Below are positions 24,344-26,173 of a DNA stretch of 26,173 nucleotides, piece after piece. The stretch is from a virus (lineage: Duplodnaviria; Caudoviricetes): positions 1-26,173 of the IMG/VR virus record IMGVR_UViG_3300048817_000014; one strand, 5' to 3'. The notes under the pieces were generated by a model, which made no database searches, was not told where the DNA came from, and worked only from the letters and a program-made list of their open reading frames with translations. The translations under genes were made by a program, and so were the position numbers. Position 1 is the first letter of the stretch; the number at the start of each line of letters is the position of its first letter.

Positions 24344-25196
24344 CTTGGACCTGTTCTATCTCTTCCTTGATCCCGTCATCTTCGAAAATGTCAATTCTAC
24401 CCTCAGAATCTACCCACTTTTGCAACTCTGTCGATAGGTAGAACCATTCCGAGGTGCCTCGGCGGTCGGCAGCGAAACGACGATGGTAATAATCTTCATC
24501 TCCGTCCATGTCCTTAACAAAGAGGGTGAACAGGATCGCAATATCGGGACAGGCCGTCCGTAGGCTTTTCAGGCGTTCCTCGGGATCCTTCGCCTTACCG
24601 ATCTTAATCTGGTTAAGCTTGTCAGGATCCGACATGGCGTAGACATACCCTGGTTGGGGTGCCAACCCCTCGTAATCATCCTCCGGGGCAAAAATATACT
24701 CATTGCTATGAGAATGCTCTTTATGACAGGCAGCCATCCAATCCTCCGATTTCTCTGTTACTTCAGTACCTAAAGCGTTGGGAATATCGCTTATGCTCGG
24801 CGACAATACCATACCCGTTTCCCTACACTCAGAAAGCCCCCGTATCATCGGAGGGTATCCGATGAGATATTTACGAAGGGGAAATAGACCCGTTTCAATA
24901 AACGTTCGTCCTGCTTTTAACTCCCACAAATGTCGTCTATTCCCCAGCATAGTCTGGGCGAATATTTCCTTCTCTACGGGGTCGTCGCTGTCGTAGGAAT
25001 ACGCGGCCCAGAACCAAGGCAAGGCATCGGGTTTTACTATACTTCGCACGATCCTGTCTACATCGACCTTAAGGTCAAGAAAAGCCAAGGCTTGAGCGGG
25101 GCGGCGGTACATACCTATCACGCCGTCAAAGGCCTTTTTCCAGAATCCGTAATTGTTTGGTTTCTTACGCTTGCGAGCCATCGTCGTCTTCCCCAA
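24330..25196 (-). CDS. Protein with C-terminal T5orf172/MUG113-like GIY-YIG domain (start may be ATG 25181)
   Basis: GYVYAM....IKIGKAKDPEERLKSLRTACP...SEWF. Confidence 0.8.
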   Translation of the reverse strand: MGKTTMARKRKKPNNYGFWKKAFDGVIGMYRRPAQALAFLDLKVDVDRIVRSIVKPDALPWFWAAYSYDSDDPVEKEIFAQTMLGNRRHLWELKAGRTFIETGLFPLRKYLIGYPPMIRGLSECRETGMVLSPSISDIPNALGTEVTEKSEDWMAACHKEHSHSNEYIFAPEDDYEGLAPQPGYVYAMSDPDKLNQIKIGKAKDPEERLKSLRTACPDIAILFTLFVKDMDGDEDYYHRRFAADRRGTSEWFYLSTELQKWVDSEGRIDIFEDDGIKEEIEQVQDALS

Positions 25197-25368
25197 TCCT
25201 GTCCAACTTGTGGATCTCGTAGGCCCGTAGGCCGATGAGCCCGTTTTCGAAATTGACCATCTGGCGTTTCGGTGCGCCAGGTTCCTCTTGGATGATATCC
25301 GAAATGACCACCCCGCCGCCGCAGAACTGCGAGTAGACCTTGGTGCCGATGTTGAATGACATGATCAC
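25165..25368 (-). CDS. Hypothetical small SH3-like protein (67 aa)
   Basis: FNIGTKVYS..GGGVVI..VNFENG beta-barrel-like pattern; GTGA overlap with the upstream gene. Confidence 0.55.
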   Translation of the reverse strand: MIMSFNIGTKVYSQFCGGGVVISDIIQEEPGAPKRQMVNFENGLIGLRAYEIHKLDRIGEDDDGSQA

Positions 25369-25529
25369 TTCCTCTCTTGGAGAAACTTGGTTACGAGTTG
25401 AGACAACTCAGAACGACACTCACAGCACAGGTCAGCGTAATTACGACCGATATACAGCGTTGACATGTCCACTCGGCTCATGAAGGCCTGGCGAGACTTG
25501 CACCTGTCGCATATGTAAAGTATGGCCAT
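25365..25529 (-). CDS. Small zinc-ribbon protein (54 aa, MAILYICDRC...DLCCEC)
   Basis: Two CxxC pairs; SD GGGGG before ATG 25529, downstream of the promoter. Confidence 0.65.
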   Translation of the reverse strand: MAILYICDRCKSRQAFMSRVDMSTLYIGRNYADLCCECRSELSQLVTKFLQERK

Positions 25530-25545
25530 GTATCCCCCTATTAAG

Positions 25546-25574
25546 AATGTATCACGGGTTGCGCCGAAAGGCAA
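25546..25574 (-). promoter_or_regulatory. Leftward sigma70-type promoter
   Basis: TTGCCT (25574-25569), 17 bp spacer, TGn-TACATT (25551-25546). Confidence 0.65.
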
Positions 25575-25587
25575 GAGTTATTTTCAC

Positions 25588-25616
25588 TTGACTTCATCCT
25601 GTGGACATGCTAGTAT
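25588..25616 (+). promoter_or_regulatory. Rightward sigma70-type promoter
   Basis: TTGACT (25588-25593), 17 bp spacer, TGn-TAGTAT (25611-25616). Confidence 0.7.
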
Positions 25617-25689
25617 TGAGAAGTGGAGGTAGAACTTCGCCTCATAGTACCACCCAAAGAACCACAGCCTACGGGCAGAAGGAGTCAAT

Positions 25690-26085
25690 ATGGGAATCAT
25701 CGTGAAAAAGCCAAAGTACGAACTCGCCGACGAGGGACTGCACAACGTCGTCATCAGCCGCATCGATGACGTGGGCCTCGTCGAGACCAAGTTGTACGGA
25801 ACGAAGGACATGGCCGCAATCTTCTTCACCTGTCTCGACCAGTCAGCGAAGGACGGATCGGACGTCGACCTTCGTTACGTGGTGAGCAAGAAGATCACGC
25901 GGAAGTCCAAGTTAGGTCTGATGCTCGTCGCTTTGAAGGTCACCTCAGGCGATGAGTTCGATCTGGATGATCTGATCGGACTGAAGGCCCAGGTCGTCGT
26001 GCAGCACAACACGTCTGAGGATGGTAATGTGTATGCCAACATCATGAGCTTCGTGCCCGTGAAGCGTGGCGTCGAACAGGTCTAG
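25690..26085 (+). CDS. Putative phage single-stranded DNA-binding (OB-fold-like) protein (131 aa)
   Basis: Pattern YEL..EG.H.VVI..I.D.G...SKL...FDLDDLIG....VVV.H....VYANI; SD AAGGAG. Confidence 0.6.
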   Translation: MGIIVKKPKYELADEGLHNVVISRIDDVGLVETKLYGTKDMAAIFFTCLDQSAKDGSDVDLRYVVSKKITRKSKLGLMLVALKVTSGDEFDLDDLIGLKAQVVVQHNTSEDGNVYANIMSFVPVKRGVEQV

Positions 26086-26106
26086 TCCCTGTTTGTAGAT
26101 GTAAAA

Positions 26107-26142
26107 GGTGGGGTCGTGCCAGCGGCCCCATCTTCGTTTTTT
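26107..26142 (+). terminator. Rho-independent terminator
   Basis: GGTGGGGTCG-TGCCAG-CGGCCCCATC followed by TTCGTTTTTT. Confidence 0.65.
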
Positions 26143-26173
26143 CGTCCGTATTTAAAAACGACCCCTGGGGGGT

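Noticed and set aside
26153-26173. ACCCC-TG-GGGGGT at the window end as a genome terminus signal
   Set aside because: Too short and truncated by the window edge to support.

Overview
This is a tailed-phage (Caudoviricetes, P22/N4-like gene order) genome segment, coded almost entirely on the minus strand as one ~24 kb late operon. In transcription order it contains: a structured leader with repeats and IHF-consensus sites (~23770-24075); a nucleotide-sugar cluster (GT31-like glycosyltransferases, NDP-sugar C-methyltransferase, UDP-galactopyranose mutase, NAD-dependent epimerase, GT-A transferase); small accessory and structural genes (including a SprT-like protease and a dual-specificity phosphatase); large terminase; portal; scaffold; major capsid protein; and two paralogous Ig-like putative decoration proteins, one carrying an inserted DUF3494 ice-binding domain. 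The ORF track misses three group I introns: two ORF-less introns in the portal gene (9011-9253, 8715-8938) and one in the capsid gene (3992-4559) encoding an EndoVII-type nuclease. Removing them by hand restores continuous portal (713 aa) and capsid (341 aa) frames. Three free-standing homing endonuclease genes flank these genes. A double-hairpin kissing-loop element that masks the Shine-Dalgarno sequence occurs twice with compensatory changes. All family assignments come from recognising motifs by eye; no searches were run.
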